The position numbers were made by a program, and so were the translations under genes. Below the pieces are notes generated by a model that saw only the letters and a program-made list of their open reading frames with translations, did not search any database and had not been told where the DNA came from. A stretch of 57,095 nt of DNA, counting the filler, from Sphacelaria rigidula (Eukaryota): NCBI GenBank assembly GCA_964200075.2. It is 4 parts of 4 records of this genome, joined end to end, with 100 filler letters (N's around TTAATTAATTAA, not from the genome) between each part and the next. Parts side by side here need not be neighbours in the genome. Positions count along the whole stretch, not along the records: positions 14,301 to 28,500 come from CAXNAA020002389.1; positions 28,601 to 42,798 come from CAXNAA020002390.1; 2 more parts are not named here. One strand, given 5' to 3'. Positions 25,001 to 37,686 of this stretch are shown in pieces (within the stretch, counting starts at the first letter, position 1; every line of letters begins with the position of its first letter).

Positions 25001-26786
25001 GCAAGAATAAGCATACTAAACCCTACATGATAGCTGCAGCGCTGATTGCAGGTATGATAATACTGGGGTCATATTGGGGTTCGATCTATATGCTAAACAG
25101 GTTGGACGAATCCCAGATAAACTTTCGTTGAGATGCCGCAATACCCACTGAGCTACCAGTCAGCGCTGACTCATGCCTCAGTAGATGGTTGTCATATAAT
25201 ATCTAGAGAACAGCGCAACCAGACAATCCACATATCCGCTCCCAAACAGACTCAATCAACGGGTGTTCCGAGGCCACCTTGCGGCCTGACTAATGGGGTA
25301 ATGTCTTGGAGTATGACATCCACGTAGGGCGGAAACCTAGTCGATGGTAAGATGGTGTAGCACTGAAAAAGGGCAAGGGAACCTCGAATGGATTCTAATC
25401 TGCACCCACGCCTCTCAAACTTTTGAACCTTGAGGTCTAACGGCGAAGCAAGTTACATGGCCAAGATCCAGTACAGCCTAATCGTACACTTCGAGTTTAC
25501 CACGGGGTCCTGTAGATTATAACAAAGACATCAAGGCCTATAAAGTTGTCATTTCGTCTTTGGGGGGGGGGGGGGGGGGGGGGGGTAATCATGATCTTGA
25601 ATGCCGTGGTCAAAGGTCATTGACCTCGCATCCCTACAAAGCCGGTACGTGGCACACGGGGTTTTCGCCGGACCAGGCTCGCAATCACCAAGAGCGAAGC
25701 ACCGTGCCATGTCCGGCGAGTCGTATGAAAAGTGACCTGTATCCTGATAACATTGTTCGACCCGCCGCGTGCTGATTACCTTGCATATGGATAGCAGCCC
25801 CGAAGGAGTTGCTTGATGTTCTGGTGTCGCCACTTCCGGAGACAGCCATGGGTTACACTGCTTCATGAGTGTCTCACCATCAGGGGGGGGAAGGGGGTCC
25901 AGTGAATTTCGTGCGCCCCATGGTGTGGAGTTATCATCCAGTATCCCGTAACGTACATTCGGCACAAACCCCCTACACCGCCCCACACAAACGCAAGCCA
26001 CACACCCCACCGCCGCAAAACTGATGAAAATGAACGTGCCGTAGCATGCCAGACCCGTACTATGCAACGCGTCTCATTCTAACCACCAGGACCCCCACAA
26101 ACCCACCAATTTTCGCTGCTCGTAACCCATGCAGCAAAACACTCGTCATGCTAACGCTTCCTCGCGAGCAAGCCCAGTGCAGGGGAGTCCAGCCATGGTT
26201 GTCAGCCTCCGAGGCGGATCCACCATCTCGCAGCCAACGCGCAAGTGCCCCCGTCTCCCCCTGCATTATCACGCGTGCCGCAGACCTGCGATATTTGGCG
26301 GGCTGGTGTGATATCTCCCATGTACCACTTATACGTACACTGCCCGCCCCAAAACAAGTGGAGATTTTAGCTGCCACATCTGGTAGTACTCCCCGCGATC
26401 CCTCCGGAGTGATTTTGCAACGCATTGGTCAGCATGCAGTGGAAGCAAAGAAACGACACCAACTGTCCGTGGATTGTACCTGTGGGTATTTATTCCTCCG
26501 GTGGAGATCTCTGAAGCCTTTGGGTGACATTTCTGACATTCCTCAACTTACCTTTTCAGGCCCTCCGTCTCATCCTTGCCCTCTCCTTCGCTGCATTGGT
26601 CAACGTCTACGCTAGGACGGCGGCGACGCCTTCTTTCCAGCTTTTGTCTATCCAGGGCTTCTTGTTCCGTCTCTGCGGGGGTGCTTTGCTTCACACACTT
26701 GGCGTCGTCGTACTGCTTCTCTCTCACGTCGACGTCGGCCGTCTCAGCAATTTCGTCCGCATGAGAGGTCGCCAATGGTACGCACG
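22051..26786 (-). CDS. Ankyrin-repeat protein; 5' end uncertain
   Basis: Phase-compatible exons ~26786-26552, 26285-26107, 24892-24723, 22245-22051. Ankyrin motifs ADNHGWTPLHWACSRG and EHVNGWTPLHLAAVGEFLDVVYLLMEAGCDPSVKDN|LGDKAIN. Confidence 0.85.
22329..22688 (+). mobile_element. Full-length tRNA-derived SINE with (CAA)n tail, in an ankyrin-gene intron
   Basis: Head with A box tggctcagttgg and B box ggttcgaatc; body shared with four other copies; tail caacaacaac. Confidence 0.85.
23560..23715 (+). repeat. Old dispersed repeat, second copy at ~25025-25175
   Basis: Shared gcagcgctgat..cag...ctgggg...acag.ttggacg..tccc...ccactga.ctaccagtcag.gctg. Confidence 0.55.
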
Positions 26787-28500
26787 CTGTCTGCCATGCC
26801 ACGAGAATCCACGGGCAGGTAGAAATGAAAAAAATGCGAAAACCGCGCAGGGTAAAATTATGCGTGCACACTTCCCTGAATTGACATTACAACCATCACT
26901 AGTGCAATGCATTGCTTTTGAAGCAAGCGTAGCGAGGACTTGTTTCTCAATATTTCTCCTCCAGCTTCTTCGGATGGTCTGAGCCAATCATCGATGCGCT
27001 ACACGTGGAAATGCCATTTCGGATGACACCCGCAGGTGCGACGAACAGTCAACACTCACCACACACAGGTGGCCACTGGTAAACCTTGTGTGCGCAGCTT
27101 AGGCAAGCCATTCCGTAACTTACGCTATCCGCATTTTGGAGCCCCGGGCGCTAGGGATGCTTTTCACGGGCCAGAATGGGCCTGACATGGTTCTTCGATG
27201 TTTTTATTATCGTAATATCGGTGAAACGTCGGGAACATCAATGATATATCATGTGTGATATGTCAGGAGAATACCATCGAATATCGATGTTTGATGTGTC
27301 ACTCATGCAAGTGACCCGAAGTCAGCGAGGAACACGCAGTCTCGGGTCCCTACGGGCCTGCCATATGTGTCGTGCGTATGCATGTTGTGCATATACACTT
27401 TGCGACCAACCGGATTTGGGAAGTTCACTATTACAATGAAGAGGAAGAAAATAAAATGAAAAAAAGAGCGGATGACCACAAAACGAGCACCGCATGGAAT
27501 TGGTTGGTTTATGAATTCATATGAAGAATTACTACCAGGGCTTCCCACATGGTCTCCCGCCGTACTACCAGTACCCGTCCAGCTCGAAACTACTCAATGT
27601 CACAGAACGGAGGGGATGCGATTTTTGGCATGTCATGACCGCTCCGAGGAGCAGCAGATACCCACCCACCGTAGAGGGTGCAGTACTCCAGCTGAGTGCG
27701 CATTCAAGGTATAAAACAAGGTAAGAAAGGGGTCGTGCCGAAGGTCACAGTTCCCCCTTGCCCGTTCAGGCGCCCTTTCTCCAGGAGGCGACTATCTTTC
27801 TTTTCTTTGAATGGGGATTCGGAATAGTTGCTTCTTGGAGTGGCAACACTAACATTAACAACGTCATCGCCACACACATACCGCGGTTTAAACTTATTCG
27901 TACATAAGCCGTCATCAGCAGCTCTTCTTCCACGTCTCAGGAAAATAACAACAGAGTCATGCCACGGTAGGGGTTGCACATTTGGGCCCAGGCGTTTCTG
28001 ATTGAGGGGCTCCTCAAGACGAGATCTACACAAGAATGTGGATCAGGACATTCCCGTTTCAGAATTAAATCGAGAAAGCCACTGAGAGGACGCGAAAAAT
28101 CACATGCCGATCCAGGGGGCGGCACATATCTCAGTCCAGGCACCCCGCCCTCTTTCCCCTTCTCCCCGGTGTATGGCCTTACAGACACATTTTACGTATG
28201 ATCCAAGAATCACTTTAAAATCAGTATGAAGGTCTCTGCAAACCGCTCCTTAGCTGAAGGAGTATTTCAAAGCACGCAGACAATTACTTTGGGTGAGCTG
28301 ATCTTTTCCGGCTACAGGATGTCGCACGTTTTTCAGAAAATTCCAAAAGCTCAATCACTACCAACAAATTTTTCGTGAAATTGAGAGTGAAAAGCGGTCA
28401 ATTAGTGAATAAGCGTTTCAGTTCCGAAATGTACCTCCACCAGGCCCAATATTCTCTCTGTAGTAGCTTGCCACTGACGTCCTCGATACCCCTGAGTAGA

Positions 28501-28600
28501 NNNNNNNNNNNNNNNNNNNNNNNNNNNNNNNNNNNNNNNNNNNNTTAATTAATTAANNNNNNNNNNNNNNNNNNNNNNNNNNNNNNNNNNNNNNNNNNNN
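28501..28600. other. Assembly gap with TTAATTAATTAA spacer
   Basis: 100-bp N run with linker. Confidence 0.98.
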
Positions 28601-28718
28601 AGGGATTCATGGTGGATGATTAAACGACCAAGGCAAGCAAAAAATGAGTACGCCCCCCCCCCCCCGGCCCTATAATGAGTCCCCCCCCCCCCCCCCACCC
28701 GGCCCTCTCACCCGACAG

Positions 28719-31700
28719 GTCAACAGCATATGTTTCCTCGAGCCGCACCCTGCCTTGGCCACCTGCAACCTTGAGGGAGCCGTTGCTATTTGGCGCATGG
28801 GACTTCCGGAGAGTCGAAACGCTCTTCTCGAGCAATACCACGACGGCGGGAGCAGCGAAGAGTCTGTCCTTCCGCAACCCAACGGTGTCGACCCGAACGC
28901 GGAGTTGGGAACAGCCTGTGACCAGGCCAGAACAGATGCGGCGACGGTACGACCGTGCTCCGCTAACACGTGGCGATGTGTGGCGTTGTTTCACAATAAC
29001 ATGCGCCATCCGCCGCACGAGTTGAGCGGAGACTCGAATCAAGGACGCCCGGTGCCCTCGGCGGTCAACTGCTTGGCGTGGAGCCGTGTTGAGGAGCGCC
29101 TGTTCACTGGAGACACAGACGGCATGGTAAAGGTAAGGCAATCCGGAAAGTGGACGAGAGAGTACTTGCGGGAGTCACTGGTAGTTGTGATTCCGATGGA
29201 CGTTTTGATGGAGCGGTGATCCGAAGTAGCGCTACCGGAGTAGTCGCCACAGGTACTCTCTGCCGATCGCCGTGCTTTGGCGATCCTCGCTCACGTTAGG
29301 CGGGCGTGGTGGAGGTGTGCAGCACAGCGTCGTCCAACTAGAGCTTGTCGACCGTGACGGGCCATCGATTTCTCCTTACCGTTGGTGGTTTCGCGAACTG
29401 ACTGTACAGCTCTCCTAGATGTCGCTGAACCTGAGGGTGTCTCGAGAACACGTGTAATGTAGCAGGCCCAGGTGCATCCGAAGTCTCCGCCCATGCGACC
29501 CTGTCTTGCCGTGCTGCAACGCTCTTCACCGTGTATATCTGAGTGACATCGAACTTTCAAAGTCTCGGGATAGACCGGGGCTTGTCCACTTCAAGCGGTC
29601 GCTGCCCGACGTTGCGTGATTATTTCGGGACTCTTTTTGCGAAAATATTCCTTCCTTCACTCGGTTGTGGGTATGGTGATTTTTTTCGCATTTGGAGCGC
29701 CCTCGCCGCGTTTTTCAACACCTCGCAATCAGGAGGGTAGTTCGTCCGTCAAAGTACGGCATCCGTCAACACTAGTATACAAGCCGTTTCTATGCGCGAC
29801 AGGTATGCAGTTTTGTTTTGTTTTTCTTCACTTTCAGCGTCTCTACTGTGCACAGCAGGTGTGGGACGTGAAGAATGCGTTGACTCGTCCACAGGCGGAT
29901 GTTGACAGCCGCAATGATCGCGACGGCCGGCATCCCCCTCCAGAGCAAGACGCTCGTTCGTCAGTCTCAACTTCATTCGCGGGGCCAGGTTCGTCGAGGA
30001 GTAGCCCGCCCTCATCGTCCAGGAAAGTGTTAGGCGTCGACCAGCGAATGAACACCACTAACCGAGATAGCGGAGCGCCCGAGTGCTCAGGTACGAAGAG
30101 CGCAGCGATGGTTATCTAAACACCACCTCTGGAGATGGTAGAAGTAAAGTCGGAGAAGAAACACCCCATGCTGACGATTCACAATAAAAACATCAACGAT
30201 AGTGCCCCTGTCGACGTACTATGGTGATGACGATGGGAAGGATGAAGCCGCGACGCCTCAACAACCTGCTTTCGGAGGAGCCTCGATGCACTGTAGATAT
30301 CGTGAACCGGGTAGATACCACGAACAGGTTTTGCGGCCATTTCGATTTTATCTGACGGCACAGCGATCGAGTTGCGTTTTTGTATTTTTTGCTGAAAACG
30401 CAGGAAGCACGGGCCAAGGGAACGGGCAGGGTGGCCTCCAAGCGCTGGCGACACCTGCTGAGGATGACAGCGTCATCGATAGCGACGATCGCAACGAAGC
30501 GCTCTCTGAAACGGGGGGACAGCACGACACCGATAGTGAAGCCGAACACACAAGCGACGAGGAAGACGATGACGATGGTGACAGAGGAGCCAGAGGCGGG
30601 GGACAGACAAACGAAGGAACGGCGGTATCTCGACACTGGCGCTCTGCCAAAGACAATAGCTACATCTCTGACTTCGGCGAGGAGAGCATCGACGGGCAAC
30701 TGCTCGGCGACAGGCAAGTCGCGGCGAGGGTTGGGGAACGAGCGGTGGAGAGTAGGACGGTATCAGAAGAGTATTTGCGACCGTGCATTCGACAGTGAAC
30801 AACTGTGGTTCCCGGTTGAAGCGTACGCAACGAGCTGCGATCGCAAGAGTCAAATGCACTCAATCGTTATTTCGCGCGTTGATGCATTGTGACTTGCATG
30901 GTATCTCCAGGTTCGGTCGCGGATTGGGACTTCTCTATATTCGATGCGTGGGTGGTTGGAGGCCGGTGGGGTGGAGTCGGCAAGAAGTTACCACTGTGCG
31001 AATTTTTGAAGGCCACAACATCGCAATCCGCAAAAACACTGACGCTGGCGGCAACGGAGAGGGCAGTAGAGGAGGTGCCAGAGTTGGCGTTCAGGGAACG
31101 TACCGTGAACGAAAACGTGTCGGAGGCAAAACTCGGACTCGCGATAAGGACGAAGGCGTTAAAAATGGCGCGAATCGTGAGTGCGTTGTGGTGGCTACGA
31201 TTACCCCCGACAGACTCGTGAGGTTTTGGTCTACGAAGGGCGTAGCGCTTGGCAACCTGGATCAGGTGAGTAGCAGTAGCAGCAGCAATGTCGCCGTTTG
31301 TAGGCTCAACTCTTGTGACACCTTGGGCCTTTCTATTGAGAACGACATTTTTTTTTACTTTCATCTGTTTCTTGCCTTCCTCTGCGGGCTGTTTGATTTA
31401 TGGGTATGGGTTGTATGCTCCTTGCAATCTGTGACCACGGGTTCGAGAGATCGAGCTAATGTGACGAACATAATTACTACTACTACTACTACTGTTTGTT
31501 ATTATTATGATCATGATCATGATCATAATCATAATCATAATAATCATCACCCCAAATCTGAACAAATAAGCTAAATATGTCCCCCTTTGTGCTGACTCGC
31601 CGTCGTCGTATGTGAATGCGCGCCGTACACTGCAGGAGTTTGCCACCGCCCAGCACCCAGACACGGCAGCGCGACCTCTGGAATCCTGGCGGATGTCTGT

Positions 31701-32097
31701 CGTCTCGAACCAAAGAGGAGACTACCCGTACGTGTTCGAGACTTCTGCTGGCATGGATGGAGTCAATTATCCACGCGGTCGCGACTGTGTCAGTTCCGCT
31801 GCACGTGCTTCGGTCGGTGAAGGCGGCAGCACTATTGGTACAAGCGCCGCGCTTATCGGTGATCGCAACTGTGTACCTGCTGCAGGCCAAATCACATGTG
31901 ACAATCATGGTACTGCGTCTAGTGGGGAACATGACAGTAGTATCAACGGTGATGGCAATACGCCTGGTCATGGCATTGTTGCCGTCGCTGACGCTGGACG
32001 TTTTATATCGTCTACATCATCCATGGCGCGAAAATGGGCGATGAAATATCGCCCTCCAGAAAGTACCAGTTCCTTCTCGACTGCTACTCGGACGTAG
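28719..32097 (+). CDS. WD40-repeat protein (C-terminal part, resembling WDR49/WDR64-type); 5' exons in or beyond the gap
   Basis: Phase-compatible exons 28719-29132, 29859-30090, 30404-30713, 30911-31265, 31636-32097. WD motifs VNSICF..LATCNLEGAVAIW, AVNCLAW..LFTGDTDGMVK|VWD, PDRLVRFWSTKG..LGNLDQ. Confidence 0.8.
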
Positions 32098-33348
32098 TTT
32101 ACCGGCACAACGGATGGGTAGGAGTGGGGACGCCACGACTTATATCCGAGGAGGTACAGCTAGATATTCATAGAGCACTACATAAAGGGGGAACCGAGAG
32201 AAAGGAGTTTTCATATAAACGCTGAAACTGAGAGCGGTGGGTGGTGAGCCTATGCATGCGCGAGCCGACATCAGCTGGTTGCTCACTAACAACAGATCGG
32301 GCATGAATCTAGATATGGCGCCGAAACCAAGCGTCCCTTTGGCGAAAACCTTGCAGTCAGCAGCAGGTTCCAATAACGTTCGCTTCGTGTTGGCTGCTGT
32401 TGCTGCGGTGGGTGCCGACAGCATAAGATGGTCACGAGGCGTCACTACGGGAAGAACAAACTTGTCCGAGTCACTGGTCACTGGAACCAGCCCTACCACA
32501 ATTGCTCGTTCGCGAAGAATTGGCGTCCGTGGGGGCCTCATGTCCGTGCCGGTCTCCGTGACACACGTTTCGAACGGCAGCTTGATAAAGCTCGTATTGG
32601 TAACGGCAGTTGATCTGTTCACCTCATCATTTACTCCTTTGACACTCGTGAAACGTTTCTGACCTCGAAATTACAGTGGAATATCCGGTTGCGACGCGAT
32701 GCCAAAGATGGACGTTTGACCCTTTGACGGCGTGCATAGGCCATCTGTTGAATCGGCTTCAATTTCACATGAAAAACGTATGCATGATCCATACGGACTA
32801 CGGTATACTCTTGCAGCCAACGGGTTAACCTGGGACGTGGGCATACAACGGAACATTCATGCCCGTCTGGGAGGTATACGTCTATCTGGGGCAGGGGCGG
32901 ACAGACGATGCAACACGTCGAAGAAAGAAGCATGCCATCCTGTTACCGTCGAAATACCGTCCGAGATAAAGGAACAGCCGCGTAATATCGCACGGCAGTT
33001 GCACTTTTCAACACCCTACGAGTAGGTCATGGCCCGCGGACACAGTGCATGCTACATGACTTAACATGAAAACAGGTCAGTGACGTTCGATGACACACCG
33101 TAAGTGATATATTGCCCACTTGCCAAATACCCTCGGACGTTGAGACATCAGACGACGCGTACCAGCGTTTGCTTGTGTGTATATTCAGCAGGGGTATTCA
33201 TTTGGGACGTCGATGTCCACCTGAAACGTCCGACTTGGTGATGGTGCGACGTGCTCTATGAAGGCAATGGGGGCTTCAAAACGGACACCAGATGGATGGT
33301 CGAGATGCATGTGGAGGTCCTACACGAAGATCCGGGCAGATATCCCAG

Positions 33349-34149
33349 TGTGTTGTGTTGTGTTGTGTTGTGTCGTCATCCCATCTATTCTGAACGCCAG
33401 TCTATACCTTTCGTTATATGTGGGCACATCAGCCGGGGTCACACAGGAGAAAGGCTACCACAGAAGATTTTTTCTTTACCAAGATTTTCATTTTGTTGTA
33501 GTACTCCGCCTATACCTTCTGCGGTGCTTGCCTTATTTTTGACCGCGCGAGAGAGGTTCAGCAGTCAACACGGAATTTTACAAAATGGAGAAGGATTTTT
33601 TTATTGGGGATGAGAAATCGGAGAATTCAAATCGTCATATCCACACAAAATCTTTGAAATATGGTTCCCTTTCGTCACGTGCTGGTAGCTATCGACAACT
33701 ACTGCACGAAATAACAATTTAAATTTCGATAACCGAAATGCTGGGGTCCTATGTGAAAAACCATTTTCTGGGAATTTCCGTGATCCGATCGGACCCCAAA
33801 GTTGGTTTTTCACCTAGGACTTCATCATTTCGATCATCGAACCCCAAATTTGTATGGCGTAAAGTAATTGTCAATAGCCATTAGCAAGCGAAGAGATGGT
33901 GTGGACACGAAGATTATAATTCTACGGGTTCTCATCTCCAGTAAAAAATCCATCCCGAATTTGTGAAATTCCGTGTTCGTCCATTTCTCTCGTCGACCGT
34001 GAAGTCGAATTTTGTGTACCCACGACGGAGTCGCTCTCCACTGGTGGTATGGTGTGAGAAAAATTCCCAGATCGTGTGACTTCACCGAGGTTCGAACCCA
34101 CGACCCAATCGCCGCAAGGTTTCGAGGTTACCAACAGAGCCACCGGGGC
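33349..34149 (-). mobile_element. tRNA-derived SINE split by a MITE insertion (3' half 33349-33566; head 33978-34149)
   Basis: The two halves join into the same sequence as 22329-22688 and 44654-44993. Confidence 0.85.
33567..33977. mobile_element. Foldback MITE (411 bp) inserted in a SINE
   Basis: TIR aacacggaattttacaaa / tttgtgaaattccgtgtt; imperfect 4-bp TSD agtc/cgtc; interior homologous to 4245-4643. Confidence 0.8.
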
Positions 34150-34489
34150 GACCGGCATAGTGGCCTATTTATTCGGACATGGGATGATGTCCATGATAGG
34201 TACCCACATCAATCTGGGATATTCACGGTCAATTCTAGATGGATATCCCACCAGAGTTGAGGTCCCGAATGGGTACCCCCGAGGGACATGTATCGCAGAT
34301 CAAGCAGAGGGGCGTGGAGGTTGCACGGCAATACAAGGCCGCGTGTTGTTGTTGGGTTCACGATTTCTGCTCATGGAAATCATATCGTTATAAGTGGGTA
34401 GGAATATGTACGAACGCCCCTCAACTATTCCAGTTTGGCACAGAGTGGCGTCTGTCAATTGATGTGCTGGGTGTCGATCCTTGGTGATG

Positions 34490-34595
34490 GAGGTATTTCA
34501 AAATTGAGGTTCCCGGTATATTCAACATAAACTACCGGTACTGCCAATAAATTATACTATTAAATATACCGGGAACCTAAAAATTGAGGTACCTC
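34490..34595. mobile_element. Short MITE, gaggtatctcaaactc TIR family
   Basis: gaggtatttcaaaattgaggttcccggtatatt / aatataccgggaacctaaaaattgaggtacctc. Confidence 0.65.
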
Positions 34596-36392
34596 TGAGG
34601 ATGGGTAGAAAAGATTACGGGAACACCTGACACTTACAGGCTAGTTCACGGGAAAGACCCAAAAAACACTCATCAGCAAAACTTCACGCCGTTTTAGGGA
34701 GTTAGTCCCTGAAATTTTGCGCTAGTGTTCTATGGGCCATTACGCAACTTTTCAATGTTTTTGTTTTACTTCCCTGTGTTTTCACCGTTTTTCGGGGGTC
34801 CCAGTATTTGCGGGGAAACTTCGATCCAGTCCGACCCCCGTAAAATGGTAAAAAAACAAAAACCTCGTTCTCCCCAAAGTTGCGTAATTACCCGTAGAAC
34901 ACCTGAGCAAACTTTGAGGATCTAACTTCTTGAAACGGCGTGAAGTTTTCCGCGTTTATGCGATGAACCCTGTCGTGCCACGGTGAAACCGCAAACTAGC
35001 TCTACCAGATTTCAAGATGAAAATAGCGTTTTTTGGGCCTTCGTTGACATAAACATAAAAATTCAAGCATCAGTTGATCGAATTTGGCCACGAATCTTGG
35101 TAAGGCTCTTCCTTGGATTTGGCGGCGATAGGGCGTTTGCGAAAATATATATATATATATATATCTTAGTGCCGGTTTTCCGGGGTCCCAGAATGGAGAC
35201 GACTTCGAAAAACGACTTGAATCCCGTCAGACTCCCGAAAACCGGTATAAAAGTCAAGAATTAGAAAAACCTCGTTGATCGACAAGTTTGCAATGACTCA
35301 TAGCACATTTGTGCAAAGTTTCAGAGTCCAACTCAGAATAACGGCGTGAAGGTTTGCGCGTTTGTGCCAGGACATCAGCTCGAAACATGCCAACTCGCAA
35401 GTATACATGGTTATAGTATAACAACTGTGATATAGATGGAGGTAGAAACAAGGTCCACACCTTCCCAACTATGATCAGTGTGCTGCAGGCTCGAGTAGGT
35501 GCGCGAACGCACCAGGTGTCCGAGTAAAGCAAGGTGCAAATGCACACGTGCAGATTCACGTGACTGTTGGTCGCAGTAGCAACAAACAAAAGGAGCTCAA
35601 AGGCTTGATATCTTTTTAACTCTCACTGATTATCCCCTTGATCGCCCAGCACACTGTTCTCACCAATGGTAAACAGTAGGAGCAGATGGTCCGGCTCGAA
35701 GGGTAGCTCGAGAGTGAGCGAGGATGCATGGGTACATGCGACGCAACCTATCTGAATTCGGCCCGAGAAGGCGTTTGCCTCCTCGGGGCCAGGGCATGTC
35801 AGCCTGCACACTAATCTTCCCCTGCTAGGATATACCAGCCTGTGCATCAATCTTCCCTAGAACGCAGCCTGTACATCAACATTCCCCAGAAGTTTGGGAG
35901 CATTCCCATGGCTGGATCGAGTGATCTGTGAGCCAACCTGCCCCAAAACTGTCTGAAGGAACAAATAACGCCTCTCTATCTTCCTTCCTCATGACACAAC
36001 GCCGTCTTTGGGTGAGTTTTACGTCAAGGCAAGAAAAACTGTATGAGATTTTCGAGTATCTCGACCAAACTTTGTACATGTGTTCCTTGGACTATCCCGA
36101 GATGCATCATGTTACTCTCTTTTATTTTGAGGCATTCTGCACCGTCTTCCAGGAGTCTTCAGACTGGGACCCCTGAAAGCCGGTCAAGAACGGAGAAACT
36201 TTGAAATCTTGCCAAGAATACAATTTTTCCGTTTGAAGCGTCAATACCTACGAAACTGCCAAGTTTGAGGATGATCTGAAACAATTTTCAACATATATGA
36301 GGGAAAATCGCCACGAGACTCCCTGGGTCTTTCGCACGTATCATGAGTAGAAATTAGACCACGCCAAAACTCCATATCACCGAAACATTACG

Positions 36393-36643
36393 GACACTTT
36401 CTACGATAGCCCCCCCCAAAGAAGTGCATGGTTTTTGGAGGCAAAATCTTCACGTAAATCGAAGTGGGAAAAGCCGAGCACAACGAGCAGCTGGGAATTC
36501 CCACTTGGGTTCGTTCTAGCCAATGTCGCCAATATGAGGCGCTTCATGGAGCCTGAACCCAAACATCAGGCGTCGTATGGCCATTTTTTTCGTGACACTT
36601 TTGGGCTGGTTTTTTTGGGGGGGGGGCTATCGTAGAAAGTGTC
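36393..36643. mobile_element. MITE with GACACTTTCTACGATAGCCC TIR and 4-bp TSD
   Basis: Perfect TIR gacactttctacgatagccccc / ggggctatcgtagaaagtgtc; TSD tacg on both sides. Confidence 0.85.
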
Positions 36644-37406
36644 TACGGTTTCGGGCAATATTCGACCCCGTTGTAACCGTTTTCGAACCTGTTCCTCCCG
36701 GTAGATTCCCGTGATGGCACTTACTACGATTTCAAGCGTGTGGAGATTCGGTGGAAATTGAACTTGGAATTCGTGCTTTCAATCTCAAAACAATTTGAAA
36801 GGCGTTGATTGATCGAGATACGTTTTTGTCCATAGTGCCACCGCTATAGCCGCCTTCAACGAGAACCCGGCCATGTCACCCCCTTCGTCTGTTCATTTCG
36901 ATCAGTATGATACCATGTATGCAATTATGGGTGCATATTGCGGAAGGCGTTTGCTGATTACAGAATTTTGGGTCTTCTACGTGAACCAGTATAGCCTGTA
37001 AGACGGCATGGGACAGAAGGGAAGGGAATGGAGATTGCAGGGCATGCGGCTGAAAAAATGTGCACACGCGCGCGACTTTCTGACACTACGTGCCTTTTTG
37101 TTGTTATTGGTATGTATACACGCAGGGAAAAACTGAAACACCAGGCTGGGCCAGGCTAGGGGGAGGACTGTATACTGTGGGCAATTTTAGCAGCTCACTT
37201 GTTTTAGGCTTTCTTTAGAGTTCTAAATAAATGAATGGTTTGCTACTGGTATCTTACAGCAAGCCTTTTAATACGAATCTTTTGTGTGGAAGGCAACATT
37301 TTGAACTTCACAAAAACGTACTTATGAAAAAACAGGAGAGAGTCATGCCACGGTATGGCTTGCACATTTGGGCCCAGATCGTGAGGCTCCTACAAATAGG
37401 AAGTAA

Positions 37407-37654
37407 TGTGACGCCAGCCAGTGGAGGTACTGTTGGATCGCTCCTGTTGAGGGACCCCCCAGTCTTCCTGGCCTCAGTTTCAGTTGTCAGCCTTTACGAC
37501 ATTCTCATTATTCAGGAGTGCCCTTCCAAGGCACCCACTTAGACACGCCAGGGCATCAACCTAGTGTCCCCGGTCATTATCCAGATCATCACTACGAACG
37601 GTCATTATCCATACCATCACTACCAACTCAACGTAACGGCGTATTTTCATCACA
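37407..37654 (-). repeat. 3' LTR of A2
   Basis: TG...CA ends; direct repeat of 41982-42212. Confidence 0.95.
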
Positions 37655-37686
37655 GCACCCCTAAAGCGCGCTGGACGAACATTTGA

